Position numbers and translations under genes: made by a program. Positions 1-9,511 of a stretch of DNA of 64,000 nucleotides are shown here, piece by piece. The stretch's first letter is position 1, and each line of letters opens with the position of its first letter. The DNA comes from a virus. The notes under the pieces are model-generated. The model did not search any database. It saw only the letters and a list, made by a program, of their open reading frames with translations, and had not been told where the DNA came from. The stretch lies in the IMG/VR virus record IMGVR_UViG_3300036770_001342, positions 1 to 64,000 of that record, one strand, 5' to 3'.

Positions 1-411
1 ATGGTCATAATACATGGCTCTTGTATCAAACAATGTATATGGATCGCTAACACGCAATCTACCAAATGCGTCTAAGTTAGTGCCACCTAAACTGACATTG
101 GCAGTACCACTGATTGATACATTGCCCTCTACGATCCATGGATCAGTGCCCTGTGTGACATTGACATTACCTGTGATAGTGTCAACTGTAATGTTGCCAC
201 CTTCTACTGTTACAGGGAGAGTGTTTCCTGATATATCGACATTACCAAAACTATCTATACCAACATTGCCTACAGTGATATTAGCATTACCTATGCTAAT
301 ATCAGCATCAGTACGCACATAGACATTACCCGTAGATTCGTCTAGGGCGAGGGCTTGCGTGATATTACGCAAGTACCAAGGTGCTACTTCTGTTGGGGTT
401 GGTTCAGCCAT
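1..411 (-). CDS. Putative virion structural protein, truncated at the window edge (absent from ORF track)
   Basis: Manual translation MAEPTPTEVAPWYLRNITQAL...DAFGRLRVSDPYTLFDTRAMYYDH, open to position 1; G/N/V/T-rich; late-type TAAATA upstream at 445-450. Confidence 0.75.
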   Translation of the reverse strand, partial: MAEPTPTEVAPWYLRNITQALALDESTGNVYVRTDADISIGNANITVGNVGIDSFGNVDISGNTLPVTVEGGNITVDTITGNVNVTQGTDPWIVEGNVSISGTANVSLGGTNLDAFGRLRVSDPYTLFDTRAMYYDH

Positions 412-413
412 AA

Positions 414-452
414 AAATACTCTCATGAAGGTTATTCTATGAGAGTATTTATC
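414..452 (-). promoter_or_regulatory. Late-type promoter (GATAAATA) overlapping a 12-bp inverted repeat over the translation start region
   Basis: AAATACTCTCAT (414-425) / ATGAGAGTATTT (438-449); TAAATA at 445-450. Confidence 0.65.
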
Positions 453-465
453 GTTTTGGGCTGTG

Positions 466-1173
466 TTATTTGATGTCTAGTGGACGTGTTTTGGTGACTA
501 GTATGCAAAAATACTTTTCTTTAAACTCTTTTAAATTTCCTTCGTCATCTTTAACATTAGGTATAGCAACACCAAATTCTAAAGCCTGAAACATGTCAAC
601 AGTAAATCCAGTACGTATTAATAGTGCTGTTAGTTGATCTTGCCCTAAAATACTATAATGATTTGGATTAAACTCATGTTTTCTATCGCAACTAGGGGCA
701 GGAACTTCGATGTACATCTTACTTCCTTGTTTTAGTATACGATTATATTCCATCAAACTAAAGATAGGATATGGACTATGTTCTAACGCATGACGCAAAA
801 ATATAAAATCTACGCTTTCATCGTAATATCCGTCCTTTTGAGGGATGAATGACAAATCGTATTTTTTAATTTTATGTCCTTTTTCTTCGCAAATCTTAAT
901 ATCGCCCGGACTCAATGTAACTCCAGTAACATTATTATACCCGCGCTTTTTCATTTCATCTAAAAAGTAACCCGGACCGCAACCTAAATCTAATATCACT
1001 GCGTTTTTATCTACATTTAGTGGGTCAAAATATTGCTCTACTACTCTAGCAGTTAAGCCTTCGTGCATTTTGCTATCGCCTTCATCATAGATGTGGGCAG
1101 TATAAAGCCATTCATTATAAAGTTTTAGTTTTACTAAATCAAGTGTTTGATTAATATCAATAAGGTCTTTCAT
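466..1173 (-). CDS. Class I SAM-dependent methyltransferase (small-molecule/glycan type)
   Basis: ILDLGCGPG motif I; DFIFLRHALEH; RILKQG..YIEVP. Confidence 0.85.
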   Translation of the reverse strand: MKDLIDINQTLDLVKLKLYNEWLYTAHIYDEGDSKMHEGLTARVVEQYFDPLNVDKNAVILDLGCGPGYFLDEMKKRGYNNVTGVTLSPGDIKICEEKGHKIKKYDLSFIPQKDGYYDESVDFIFLRHALEHSPYPIFSLMEYNRILKQGSKMYIEVPAPSCDRKHEFNPNHYSILGQDQLTALLIRTGFTVDMFQALEFGVAIPNVKDDEGNLKEFKEKYFCILVTKTRPLDIK

Positions 1174-1223
1174 GTGAATTCCTATGCGTTGTTAGCAATA
1201 CTTATTCACATTAAGACTGATGA

Positions 1224-1601
1224 TTATTTTTTATATCCTTTAAAAGGTTTGATAGGACTTACTTTTTGTGTATCTTCTACTTCCCTACTCTCTAAATCAC
1301 CCTGATTTAAATCTGCATAAGGTATACCTGCGGCTGCATATGCCAATTCAAGCATTTGTTGTTCTTCATAGGTATAAGGATGTGCTGTGTTATATTTTGC
1401 TGCCCAGGCTTCTTGATCTATGTCTGGTTTTTTCTTGCCATCAGTCATAGCAACAGCCATCATAACTCTGTTTAAATCATATGTATTATCATAATTGCTT
1501 CTACCGAAAGTATTTAGGCCGGTAGATGCTTGCTGATGACGCTTCATGACGTTGCGTCTTACTTTTTTGTTGCTTTCTTGTATAAAGTCTTTGGCTCTCA
1601 T
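1224..1601 (-). CDS. Hypothetical protein, probable virion/head protein; paralog of 1598..1999
   Basis: N-term MRAKDFIQE, C-term SPIKPFKGYKK shared with neighbour. Confidence 0.7.
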   Translation of the reverse strand: MRAKDFIQESNKKVRRNVMKRHQQASTGLNTFGRSNYDNTYDLNRVMMAVAMTDGKKKPDIDQEAWAAKYNTAHPYTYEEQQMLELAYAAAGIPYADLNQGDLESREVEDTQKVSPIKPFKGYKK

Positions 1602-1999
1602 TTTGGATAACCTTTGAAAGGCTTGACAGGAGAACTTTTATTTGTGTCGGAAACTTCTTCGCTTTCTTTACTGCTTACTAATTTTTTCCCCGATACACCT
1701 ACTTTTTTAAGCGCCTTATCAATAACTTTACCTATGTTAGGATCAAAACTTGATACTATTTGATTTTCACCCCAACTAGTTTCTGCTTTGAAGTTGGGAC
1801 GAAATCCATTCATTACATCGTCTGTGCCTTCTTCACCTCTAACAGCCGCGATAGCGACACCAAATCTATATTGTCTATAGAAATCTTGATTTTGTAATTC
1901 AGGAATAGCATATGTACTAGGCAATGCAGTAGCAGCCACTTCTAGTCCGTCATGCATATCGGACAACTTTTGTTCCGTTATAAATTCTCTGGCTCTCAT
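1598..1999 (-). CDS. Hypothetical protein, probable virion/head protein; paralog of 1224..1601 (start moved to MRAREFITE)
   Basis: ATG 1 nt after the upstream stop; shared N- and C-terminal motifs (SPVKPFKGYPK). Confidence 0.7.
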   Translation of the reverse strand: MRAREFITEQKLSDMHDGLEVAATALPSTYAIPELQNQDFYRQYRFGVAIAAVRGEEGTDDVMNGFRPNFKAETSWGENQIVSSFDPNIGKVIDKALKKVGVSGKKLVSSKESEEVSDTNKSSPVKPFKGYPK

Positions 2000-2000
2000 T

Positions 2001-2528
2001 TTAGCCTTCTGTTGTAATGAAGACGTTACCTGATTCTGTAACAAGATCGCCACCAGTTTCGGTAGTCATAGTAACTCCAACACCAAGATCACCAGTAAAT
2101 GTGACTTGATATGCTATAAAGTGATTGATAACTTCATTCTGTAATGGATTTACTAATAATCTTACCTGCCCCTCAAATACATCCATGTCATATTGTACTA
2201 ACCAATTACCTACGTTAGTTACGCCATATATAGTATACTTGGTATCAGATAAATCGTTATAAATTTGTGCACCTATTAAAGCCTGCTGACTGTCATTATT
2301 GTCCCCGCGATATGATTTAATTTGTATCAAGCACTGAGTAAATTCGTCTGCAGGATATGACCAAATTACTTGTTCAGGTGTATTATCTAATGTAACTGCA
2401 CTTGCAATAGTGCTATTAGTTTGCTGTAGGTAAACAAAATTGTTGTTTATTTTTTGGAACGCAGTGCGTAGTGGATCACCTTCACCGTCGTTTGGTAATG
2501 TTCCAACATTTACTAACTGAATTGACAT
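2001..2528 (-). CDS. Virion structural protein with T4 gp9/gp10-like N-terminal motif
   Basis: VNVGTLPNDGEGDPLRTAFQKINNNF; AGGAG RBS; late promoter upstream. Confidence 0.75.
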   Translation of the reverse strand: MSIQLVNVGTLPNDGEGDPLRTAFQKINNNFVYLQQTNSTIASAVTLDNTPEQVIWSYPADEFTQCLIQIKSYRGDNNDSQQALIGAQIYNDLSDTKYTIYGVTNVGNWLVQYDMDVFEGQVRLLVNPLQNEVINHFIAYQVTFTGDLGVGVTMTTETGGDLVTESGNVFITTEG

Positions 2529-2546
2529 AATAGGGACTCCTAATAC

Positions 2547-2574
2547 TATTTATCAGATTGGGACAAGATAAATA
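2547..2574. promoter_or_regulatory. Back-to-back divergent late-type promoters
   Basis: GATAAATA on - at 2547-2554 and on + at 2567-2574, between divergent genes. Confidence 0.7.
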
Positions 2575-2579
2575 ATTGT

Positions 2580-3059
2580 ATGTGGATTATAAATTGGCTA
2601 CCTGAAGCATTTATTCACATCATATTCCTAATAGGTGTGATTGGTACCATTGCTGGTTTCGTACTAGGATTCTTGCCATTTATCGGAAAATACAAACTAC
2701 CTATACAGATTATAAGTCTACTACTATTATCGTTGGGTGTTTATTTAGAGGGCGGCCTAGCGGAAAAGCATAAATGGGAGTTACGTGTAAAAGAGATGGA
2801 AGCAAAGGTCGCTGAAGCACAAGCCAAAGCATCAGTAGTCAATACAGAAATAGTAGAAAAAATAGTCACAGAAAAAGAATACATCAAGGTTAAAGGTGCC
2901 AAAGTCATAGAATATATAGATAGAGAAGTGAAAGTATTTGATAGTAATTGTGAAGTACCAGAAGTAGCGATCAAGGCTCATGATATATCAGCAAGCAATG
3001 AAGTGCCAATGGAAAATACTACACCAGAAAACAAGCCACAAGGGGAAGTCAGTGAATAA
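2580..3059 (+). CDS. Putative inner-membrane spanin (Rz-like)
   Basis: N-terminal hydrophobic helices, coiled coil (ELRVKEMEAKVAEAQAKA), EIVEKIVT..EYI segment, late Cys; overlaps a lipoprotein gene. Confidence 0.65.
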   Translation: MWIINWLPEAFIHIIFLIGVIGTIAGFVLGFLPFIGKYKLPIQIISLLLLSLGVYLEGGLAEKHKWELRVKEMEAKVAEAQAKASVVNTEIVEKIVTEKEYIKVKGAKVIEYIDREVKVFDSNCEVPEVAIKAHDISASNEVPMENTTPENKPQGEVSE

Positions 3060-3330
3060 ACTACTACTATTTTGCGCAGTCAGTTTACTAGCAGGATGTG
3101 CTACAACTGTTCCTGTGACTGCTAAATTCCCAGAAGCACCAGAAATACTATTAGTAGAATGTGACAAATTAGACAAGATCGGTAAAGATAAAGTATACTT
3201 TAGCGAGTTTCTAAAAACTGTCGTGGGCAACTATAACAAGTACCATATGTGCGCTGCTCAAAACGCTGCCTGGAAAGAATGGTATTACAAGCAAAAAGAA
3301 ATATTCGATAGCGTTAGCGAAAGTAAATAA
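3052..3330 (+). CDS. Putative outer-membrane spanin lipoprotein (Rz1-like); GTG start
   Basis: MNKLLLFCAVSLLAG-C lipobox, Pro-rich FPEAPE, further Cys residues; AGGGGA RBS. Confidence 0.7.
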   Translation: MNKLLLFCAVSLLAGCATTVPVTAKFPEAPEILLVECDKLDKIGKDKVYFSEFLKTVVGNYNKYHMCAAQNAAWKEWYYKQKEIFDSVSESK

Positions 3331-3333
3331 TTA

Positions 3334-4077
3334 ATGATTATAAATTTGTGGAGCACTCCCAGAACCGGTAGCAACTGGTATAGTGCTTTCTTACTTAATG
3401 AATATAAAAAAATTAATAAAAATACAATTACGATCCATCAATATTTAAATCATTTTCATTTAATAAGTTATTATAAATTAGGGTATGGAGACTGGTTATA
3501 CGAATATAGTAAAGGACTATATTACAGTACTTATTTCTATAACAATTTAAAACAATCTATTGAATACCGATCAATATGTGGTCAGCGTGAACGAGATGAA
3601 AATGCAGAAGAGGAATTTCGTATAGAGTTATTTGAAAAACATAATCATAGCAAACATCCAGTAATCTTTCATAATCATGTTGCACCCATGTCAATAAAGG
3701 CATACAATTATCTTTTTAAAAAAGCAGATAGAAATATATTTTTGTATAGAGAAAATTTTATTAATCAAATGTCGAGTTATGCGTTAGCATACGGAACATC
3801 TGTTTGGAAACCTTCTGCATCTTATGAAACTTTTTCAAATGTAGATGTTGACTATGCTATTTTAGAAAATCTATACGAAAGAATAAAATATTGGCATAAT
3901 TTAGATAAAACTAATTGCGAAATAATAAAGTATGAAGATTTAAACTTTTCTCAAAATGAATACGCATTACCAAAAAAACAAAATTTAACAAGTAGTTTTA
4001 ACCAACTCAGTAAAAAAACACAAGATAATATTTTAGAACTAAATGATAAGTTTAGTTCTTTTGCAAAAACTCTTTAA
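3334..4077 (+). CDS. Sulfotransferase-like (Stf0-type) P-loop protein
   Basis: STPRTGS 5'-PSB-like motif; LYRENFINQMSS 3'-PB-like motif; IKYEDL. Confidence 0.6.
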   Translation: MIINLWSTPRTGSNWYSAFLLNEYKKINKNTITIHQYLNHFHLISYYKLGYGDWLYEYSKGLYYSTYFYNNLKQSIEYRSICGQRERDENAEEEFRIELFEKHNHSKHPVIFHNHVAPMSIKAYNYLFKKADRNIFLYRENFINQMSSYALAYGTSVWKPSASYETFSNVDVDYAILENLYERIKYWHNLDKTNCEIIKYEDLNFSQNEYALPKKQNLTSSFNQLSKKTQDNILELNDKFSSFAKTL

Positions 4078-5137
4078 CTTTACCAACCGTGTATTCTACT
4101 TCACTATCACTTAACTCTGGATAGATAGGCAAACTCAATAAACCCCTAGTCAAATTTACACTTACACTCAACATGTCAGGCTTACTATAAATGTGTTTAG
4201 CCAACGGTAACTCACTTAGTGCTTTAGCATAGTGAATTTTAGTTTCGATGCCCGCATCTGTTAGATATTGTTGTAGTTCGTTTCGTCTATCTGTATACAC
4301 AACAAACTTTTGATCAGCGTGTACAAGATGGTCTCTGCTCAAGCAACGAATATCTATGTTACGTAATTCATCAAGATAGTAATGACGTATTTCTTTACGA
4401 CGCCACTGCCATTTGTCAATGTAATTGGCACGCACTGATAAATGTGCGCAATCTAATTCGCTCATTCTACTGTTAGTACCTGCACTTTCATGATCAGGTT
4501 TACCGTTGCTACGATAACTGTAAGCATATTCATATAACTCACGATCATTAGTTACTATAGCACCACCATTACCACTGCTAGGTAAATTCTTCGTTGGATC
4601 AAAACTGATAGCCATACCAGAACCAACATTATCAGCAACAAGCCAGTGCTGTGCCCCATCTACTACATCATTATAATTATGTCCAGTAATCATTTGTAAT
4701 TGCGGATTAGCACCGTACAACCCCACATTACATGAAAACTTAGTAAAGTTAGATAATAAGTTTTCACGATCTGGGTGCATCAATCCATTTTTGTCTGTAT
4801 CAACTAACTCAACAATGAACCCGGCTTTCAAAAAAGCATTGAGTGTAGCCACATATGTAATGTTAGGTATTCTAACTACCGGAGGTTGATCAAATTTATC
4901 ATCAGATGTTTTACGAACCCAACGTGCAATTATTTCTAGTGCTTGTGTACCACTATGTACAGTTAATGCGAAAGCGGTGTTGGTTCTGATAGCAAGCCAC
5001 GTTTCAAAGGCAGCAGTATAACTCCCATTCATTAGCTCACCACTGCGTAACACTAAGTCAGTGGCTTCTAATAATTCTGTTTTGAGATTTTTATACTGTC
5101 TTGCTAGACCAAAATGGGCTATTTTTGAGCCACTCAT
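4052..5137 (-). CDS. DegT/DnrJ/EryC1/StrS PLP-dependent sugar aminotransferase
   Basis: SGTQAL, DGAQ, SFDPTKNL..GNGGA, GTNSRMSE, LSLPIYP. Confidence 0.92.
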   Translation of the reverse strand: MSGSKIAHFGLARQYKNLKTELLEATDLVLRSGELMNGSYTAAFETWLAIRTNTAFALTVHSGTQALEIIARWVRKTSDDKFDQPPVVRIPNITYVATLNAFLKAGFIVELVDTDKNGLMHPDRENLLSNFTKFSCNVGLYGANPQLQMITGHNYNDVVDGAQHWLVADNVGSGMAISFDPTKNLPSSGNGGAIVTNDRELYEYAYSYRSNGKPDHESAGTNSRMSELDCAHLSVRANYIDKWQWRRKEIRHYYLDELRNIDIRCLSRDHLVHADQKFVVYTDRRNELQQYLTDAGIETKIHYAKALSELPLAKHIYSKPDMLSVSVNLTRGLLSLPIYPELSDSEVEYTVGKVKEFLQKN

Positions 5138-6062
5138 AATATTTTTGGAAACCTTCTTCTACATCAACTTTAGGATCATAACCAAAATCTCTACGTGCTG
5201 CATCAATATTCAATGCTCCACGACTTGGGAAGTCACTATCCTTATCGCGCACTTCTATCTTGCCCTTACCTACAATCTTGACTGCAAGTTCGGCAGCATC
5301 AAGTAGTGTACGACTATGACTCTTAGTCATATTATATGTCTTATTGTTAGTATTGTCACTCAAAGTGGCTGCAACGATTCCATTTGCTGCGTCATCAACA
5401 TATGTAAAGTCTAGTGTCTCACCAGCACCATTGACTTTGAGTGTACCATCACGCATTGCTGTTAGCATGAATTTGGCTATGACACGATCTTCAACATCCA
5501 ATGGTCCATATACAGCACTTGGGCGTATGATAGTGTGTGCCATACCAGTACTGCGTGTGTAATCTCTAGTTAGCCATTCACCGGCTAGTTTCATTATACC
5601 ATATTGACCTTGAGGTTTGCAAATAGCATCTTCAGTTACGTCATCGGTAAAGTCTCCATAGACCATACTACTGCTAATATAAACAAACTTCTTTACTTTA
5701 TGTATTTTGCTTTCTTCTAATAGATTTAGCAAGCCTTCGCTCATGACTTTAGCACCCTTAGGGGGGTTAGCATTGACAACTTTCTGTCGTGGGAAACTTG
5801 CCATGTGTATAACAATGTCTGGCTGAAAGCGACGAAATACATGATTCATTAAGAATCTATCGCTTATATCATGTGGGTAAAATTCAGTGGCACCGGTTAC
5901 CTTAAGGCGTTCTCCCATAAGATAATCAATCTCAAGTTGAGGTATAATACCGTAATTAGTTTTTGTATCAACCACGCAAACACGATGCTTTAAGTCACGT
6001 AATTTACGTACTACATTATGGCCGATAAGACCATAACCACCTGTTACTAATATATCACTCAT
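5091..6062 (-). CDS. NAD-dependent nucleotide-sugar epimerase/dehydratase
   Basis: ILVTGGYGLIG, YISSSMVYG, YGIMK (YxxxK), DFTYVDD. Confidence 0.92.
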   Translation of the reverse strand: MSDILVTGGYGLIGHNVVRKLRDLKHRVCVVDTKTNYGIIPQLEIDYLMGERLKVTGATEFYPHDISDRFLMNHVFRRFQPDIVIHMASFPRQKVVNANPPKGAKVMSEGLLNLLEESKIHKVKKFVYISSSMVYGDFTDDVTEDAICKPQGQYGIMKLAGEWLTRDYTRSTGMAHTIIRPSAVYGPLDVEDRVIAKFMLTAMRDGTLKVNGAGETLDFTYVDDAANGIVAATLSDNTNNKTYNMTKSHSRTLLDAAELAVKIVGKGKIEVRDKDSDFPSRGALNIDAARRDFGYDPKVDVEEGFQKYYEWLKNSPFWSSKTV

Positions 6063-6297
6063 ACTTCAACTTCCAATATGTTAACGCTTGTCCATCCAAC
6101 CAAGCATGTATCGTATATACATATCCAAAACTAGTAGGATCAATTTGACGTTTCCACATTGGCTTCTCTACGCTATTTTCCATGATCCATTTACCTGCGT
6201 CAGTTTGTTGCCACTTCCATATAGGTTCAGCAACGAACAGATCGGGATCTTCTACATCACCCATGTATATTTTATGTGCGATAACTTCTTGTGTCAT
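6055..6297 (-). CDS. Hypothetical phage protein
   Basis: 80-aa ORF overlapping both neighbours. Confidence 0.7.
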   Translation of the reverse strand: MTQEVIAHKIYMGDVEDPDLFVAEPIWKWQQTDAGKWIMENSVEKPMWKRQIDPTSFGYVYTIHAWLDGQALTYWKLKYE

Positions 6298-7196
6298 ACT
6301 GCCATCTTAGCCTTGATAGTATCGTGACTTTGATAATTCTCTAACTTGATATCACTCATAGTAAACTTATCAATGTCTTTGATTTCTGGGTTCAGCCACA
6401 GTGTGGGTTGTGGATACTCCTCACGGCGTAATTGTTCGTTCACTTGTTCAACATGATCACTATAGATATGGGTATCGCCCGTTGATATTATTAGTTCGCC
6501 AACCTTGAGATCACATACTTGTGCAATCATATGCGTGAGTAAGGCATAACTTGCTATGTTGAACGGCAAACCCAGAAATACATCTACGCTACGCTGATAC
6601 ATATGGCAATTCAATTCTTTGTTTTTGCTTACATAGAATTGGCTCATTACATGACAAGGTGGTAGTGCCATTTGATCTAGTTCACCTACGTTCCATGCGC
6701 TCAAAATATGTCTGCGGCCGTTGGGATTATTCTTCAATCCTTCAATCAATTCTTTTACTTGATCGATTTGCTTCCAATCTGTGGCAGCGCGATTGTAACC
6801 TGGTTCCCATGTTTTACCAAAATCGCACTTTAGATTGTGCTTGTTCCAACTACGCCACTGTACGCCATATACACGACCTAGATCACCATTGAACTTTGCC
6901 TTATCTTTCCAATAAGGTGCCATTGCGTTTGGTGTCCAGATAGTAACTTTACCATCGCTAGTACCGTGAGTGATTTCTGCTAGTCTGCGTTCGTCACTAC
7001 TTCCTTCTAAGAACCAAAGTAATTCACCTACGCATGACTTCCATGCTAATTTCTTTGTAGTAATAGCAGGAAAACTTTCACGTAGATTAAAACGCAACTG
7101 TCTAGCAAATACGCTGATCGTGCCTACTCCGGTTCGATCATCACGTACTTCACCATTGTTTAGTATATCTATTAATAGGTCATGATACTGGTTCAT
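6294..7196 (-). CDS. thyA: Thymidylate synthase
   Basis: DRTGVGT, ELLWFL, YGVQWR, MALPPCH, YQRSVDVFLGLPFNIASY, GDTHIY. Confidence 0.98.
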   Translation of the reverse strand: MNQYHDLLIDILNNGEVRDDRTGVGTISVFARQLRFNLRESFPAITTKKLAWKSCVGELLWFLEGSSDERRLAEITHGTSDGKVTIWTPNAMAPYWKDKAKFNGDLGRVYGVQWRSWNKHNLKCDFGKTWEPGYNRAATDWKQIDQVKELIEGLKNNPNGRRHILSAWNVGELDQMALPPCHVMSQFYVSKNKELNCHMYQRSVDVFLGLPFNIASYALLTHMIAQVCDLKVGELIISTGDTHIYSDHVEQVNEQLRREEYPQPTLWLNPEIKDIDKFTMSDIKLENYQSHDTIKAKMAV

Positions 7197-7492
7197 TTAA
7201 ACTTACTTAATAATCTATCTGTTTCTGGTTGTACAGTTTCCGCAATACTTTCAATGTTTAGTACAAATTCAACACTTAGTATTTGATCATCATGTTCGGA
7301 TAATTTTCTACTAACTGCTTCTTCAATTTGTTCTGGTGCTAAACCTTGATCAAGGAAACGCTTAATATTGATTGTTTGCTGACGTTTCCCTGTCATCTTT
7401 ATCACTAATTTTTTGATAAATTCTACAGGGATTTTTTGCTTGTCAACATCTTCAATAATATGTTCCCACTTCTTCATAAACTCTGGGGACAT
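7193..7492 (-). CDS. Hypothetical phage protein
   Basis: 99-aa ORF with 4-nt overlap with thyA start. Confidence 0.75.
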   Translation of the reverse strand: MSPEFMKKWEHIIEDVDKQKIPVEFIKKLVIKMTGKRQQTINIKRFLDQGLAPEQIEEAVSRKLSEHDDQILSVEFVLNIESIAETVQPETDRLLSKFK

Positions 7493-7497
7493 TTATA

Positions 7498-8142
7498 TTA
7501 CGCCGTTACTTTAGTTTTTGCCTTCTTTGCCTTAGGAGCAGGTTTGACTGGATCAAGACTTGCTGCTTCTTTTTCTAAACGTTGTGCTTCAGCCAATAAG
7601 CCTTTTGCTTCTGCGGACATTTTAGCAGCCTGTTGACGTAGGTTGTTTGCTAATGCTTGATCACCTAATGCATCGCCTGTTGACTGTATTGGTGCAGTAG
7701 TTTTATCTCCGCGTAAACGTCTGGCAACATCAACCGGATCCTGTAATCCTCTGCTTGCATCCATTTCAGCCAACTTACGAACAGCCTCTTCACCTTGCTT
7801 CATCTCATCAAGAATCTTGTTGAGTTCATCAAGTTTGATCAGTACGTTTGGTTGCGGTGTCATTACAACAAGTTCAGTACGAATCTTCTTCAACATGCCT
7901 TCAGCATGTAATTTTTGAAGAATAATTTGTCCGTCCTTTGTATAAGTTCTATTTAAAGCGTCGGCTAAATTTTCACTATTTTGACCGATATCACTTTCTA
8001 TGCATTTCATAAGTGGATCATGAATGTGCTGGTTTAGAACTTCTGGATAAGTTACCAAACACATATGAGGTTCACCGGGAACTTCACGAAATATAACAGC
8101 AACTTTACGATCACCGTGTTTGCCTATGTGTCTCAAAAACAT
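7498..8142 (-). CDS. Hypothetical protein with C-terminal coiled coil and Lys/Ala/Pro tail
   Basis: AAGGAG RBS; TAAATA at 8167-8172. Confidence 0.8.
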   Translation of the reverse strand: MFLRHIGKHGDRKVAVIFREVPGEPHMCLVTYPEVLNQHIHDPLMKCIESDIGQNSENLADALNRTYTKDGQIILQKLHAEGMLKKIRTELVVMTPQPNVLIKLDELNKILDEMKQGEEAVRKLAEMDASRGLQDPVDVARRLRGDKTTAPIQSTGDALGDQALANNLRQQAAKMSAEAKGLLAEAQRLEKEAASLDPVKPAPKAKKAKTKVTA

Positions 8143-8198
8143 ATGTTTTCTCCTTATAAGTATTTTTATTTAATTAGAAATAGTATGCGCCATTTATT

Positions 8199-8420
8199 TT
8201 AAGACCACGTAAGGTCATAAAAAACAGCCTCAGAGGGGTCCTCAAAATATATAACATTATCAAAAAAAGTATTTGAGGTTCCGATATAATATCTTCCTAA
8301 TAGTTTTTCTTGTACCCACTGAACATTGTTATCCTCTGCGGGAGCATTGGCTTTAATAAAGTGTTTTGGGCAATAATCTAATTGTCGTTGATCAAACCAA
8401 GTATATAAATTTATATTCAC
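8199..8420 (-). CDS. Hypothetical phage protein
   Basis: 73-aa ORF overlapping upstream stop; ends FEDPSEAVFYDLTWS. Confidence 0.65.
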   Translation of the reverse strand: MNINLYTWFDQRQLDYCPKHFIKANAPAEDNNVQWVQEKLLGRYYIGTSNTFFDNVIYFEDPSEAVFYDLTWS

Positions 8421-8827
8421 GCTAACAACTTCCTCAATACTGTATACTTTTCGTAAGCCTCTACTACTCGGTCATCATCAGTTTTGGGTGAGGGTGCTAA
8501 TGGTATCCAAATTTCTTTGCGTGATAATTCAATATGTACAAATCCACCAAATCCATTATACAGTCGCGGCTGATGTATCTTACCGTTACGATATAAATCA
8601 CTTGCTATCTCTATTACATTATCAAGATCACAATCAGATAGATCATAACTGCTACGTTGTCTAGCACCAACATTACCATACTCGTAATATGATTTTACAA
8701 CACTAATTAGTTGTTCTAAGTCAGGACAAGCCGTTCTAGTGATGATGACCAAAACATCATCGACACTCACTTCGCCTAACGCAAGTGATTTCAAACATCC
8801 ACCCAAACTAGTACCAACTAGCATCAT
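8417..8827 (-). CDS. Hypothetical phage protein
   Basis: 136 aa, coupled overlaps. Confidence 0.75.
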   Translation of the reverse strand: MMLVGTSLGGCLKSLALGEVSVDDVLVIITRTACPDLEQLISVVKSYYEYGNVGARQRSSYDLSDCDLDNVIEIASDLYRNGKIHQPRLYNGFGGFVHIELSRKEIWIPLAPSPKTDDDRVVEAYEKYTVLRKLLA

Positions 8828-9180
8828 ACAATTACACTTTTCTCCAATTCAAAACGTTCACTAAAAATCTTTTTACCATTCTTACGAATATGGTCTACCA
8901 TAAATTGCGGGTCATCTTCAAACGCACTTTTGATATCTTCAATATCAATACCCTGAGCAGCAAACTGATAGATTTCATAATGACGTTGACTATTAGCCTT
9001 AGCCCTGATTATCATTTGCTTTAGTGGGATATTACTATTCCTACTAGGTGTCTTTAGACCTTGTAGTGTGTTCCACACTTGAGTTTTTTCCCATTCTTGC
9101 TGTTGTGATAGTTCCTCATCAATGTCATATATACATTCAAGACCTTGATTATCCCACATAGCCAAAAAATTCTTAACCAT
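8824..9180 (-). CDS. Hypothetical phage protein
   Basis: 118 aa; AGGTGA RBS. Confidence 0.75.
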   Translation of the reverse strand: MVKNFLAMWDNQGLECIYDIDEELSQQQEWEKTQVWNTLQGLKTPSRNSNIPLKQMIIRAKANSQRHYEIYQFAAQGIDIEDIKSAFEDDPQFMVDHIRKNGKKIFSERFELEKSVIV

Positions 9181-9268
9181 TAGTCACCTAAACTTAATAA
9201 TAGGTTTATACCTAAAAAACCAATAATGAACCAAAAAACAAAAATAAAGATATTTTTAATATAATATA

Positions 9269-9511
9269 TTATTGTTTTTTTGTAAGTTGCCATATCACTT
9301 CTGCCTTTTCAATAAGATCGGCTAATGCAGTATTATCTTTGCTAGCCTCAAGTATGTCACGCCATTCTAACCAACGATCACGATCCTTCTTAGCGGGATC
9401 TTCAATGATCATAGTTCTTTCTGTTTCACCACTCTTTCTGGCATAGACAGTTTTACCACCGTCTGGCGATTCAAAGATTGTTATCTCTTCAATGCTTTTT
9501 ATGATCGTCAT
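9269..9511 (-). CDS. Hypothetical phage protein (IFESPDGGKTVYAR motif); start moved to reduce overlap with the vWA gene
   Basis: ATG at 9511 in frame with the track ORF. Confidence 0.65.
   Translation of the reverse strand: MTIIKSIEEITIFESPDGGKTVYARKSGETERTMIIEDPAKKDRDRWLEWRDILEASKDNTALADLIEKAEVIWQLTKKQ

Noticed and set aside
14-322. + strand 102-aa ORF
   Set aside because: Antisense shadow of the - strand gene 1..411, which has a promoter and a recognisable motif
9181-9268. Possible small hydrophobic ORF in the AT-rich gap
   Set aside because: An open frame exists but has no convincing start codon or RBS
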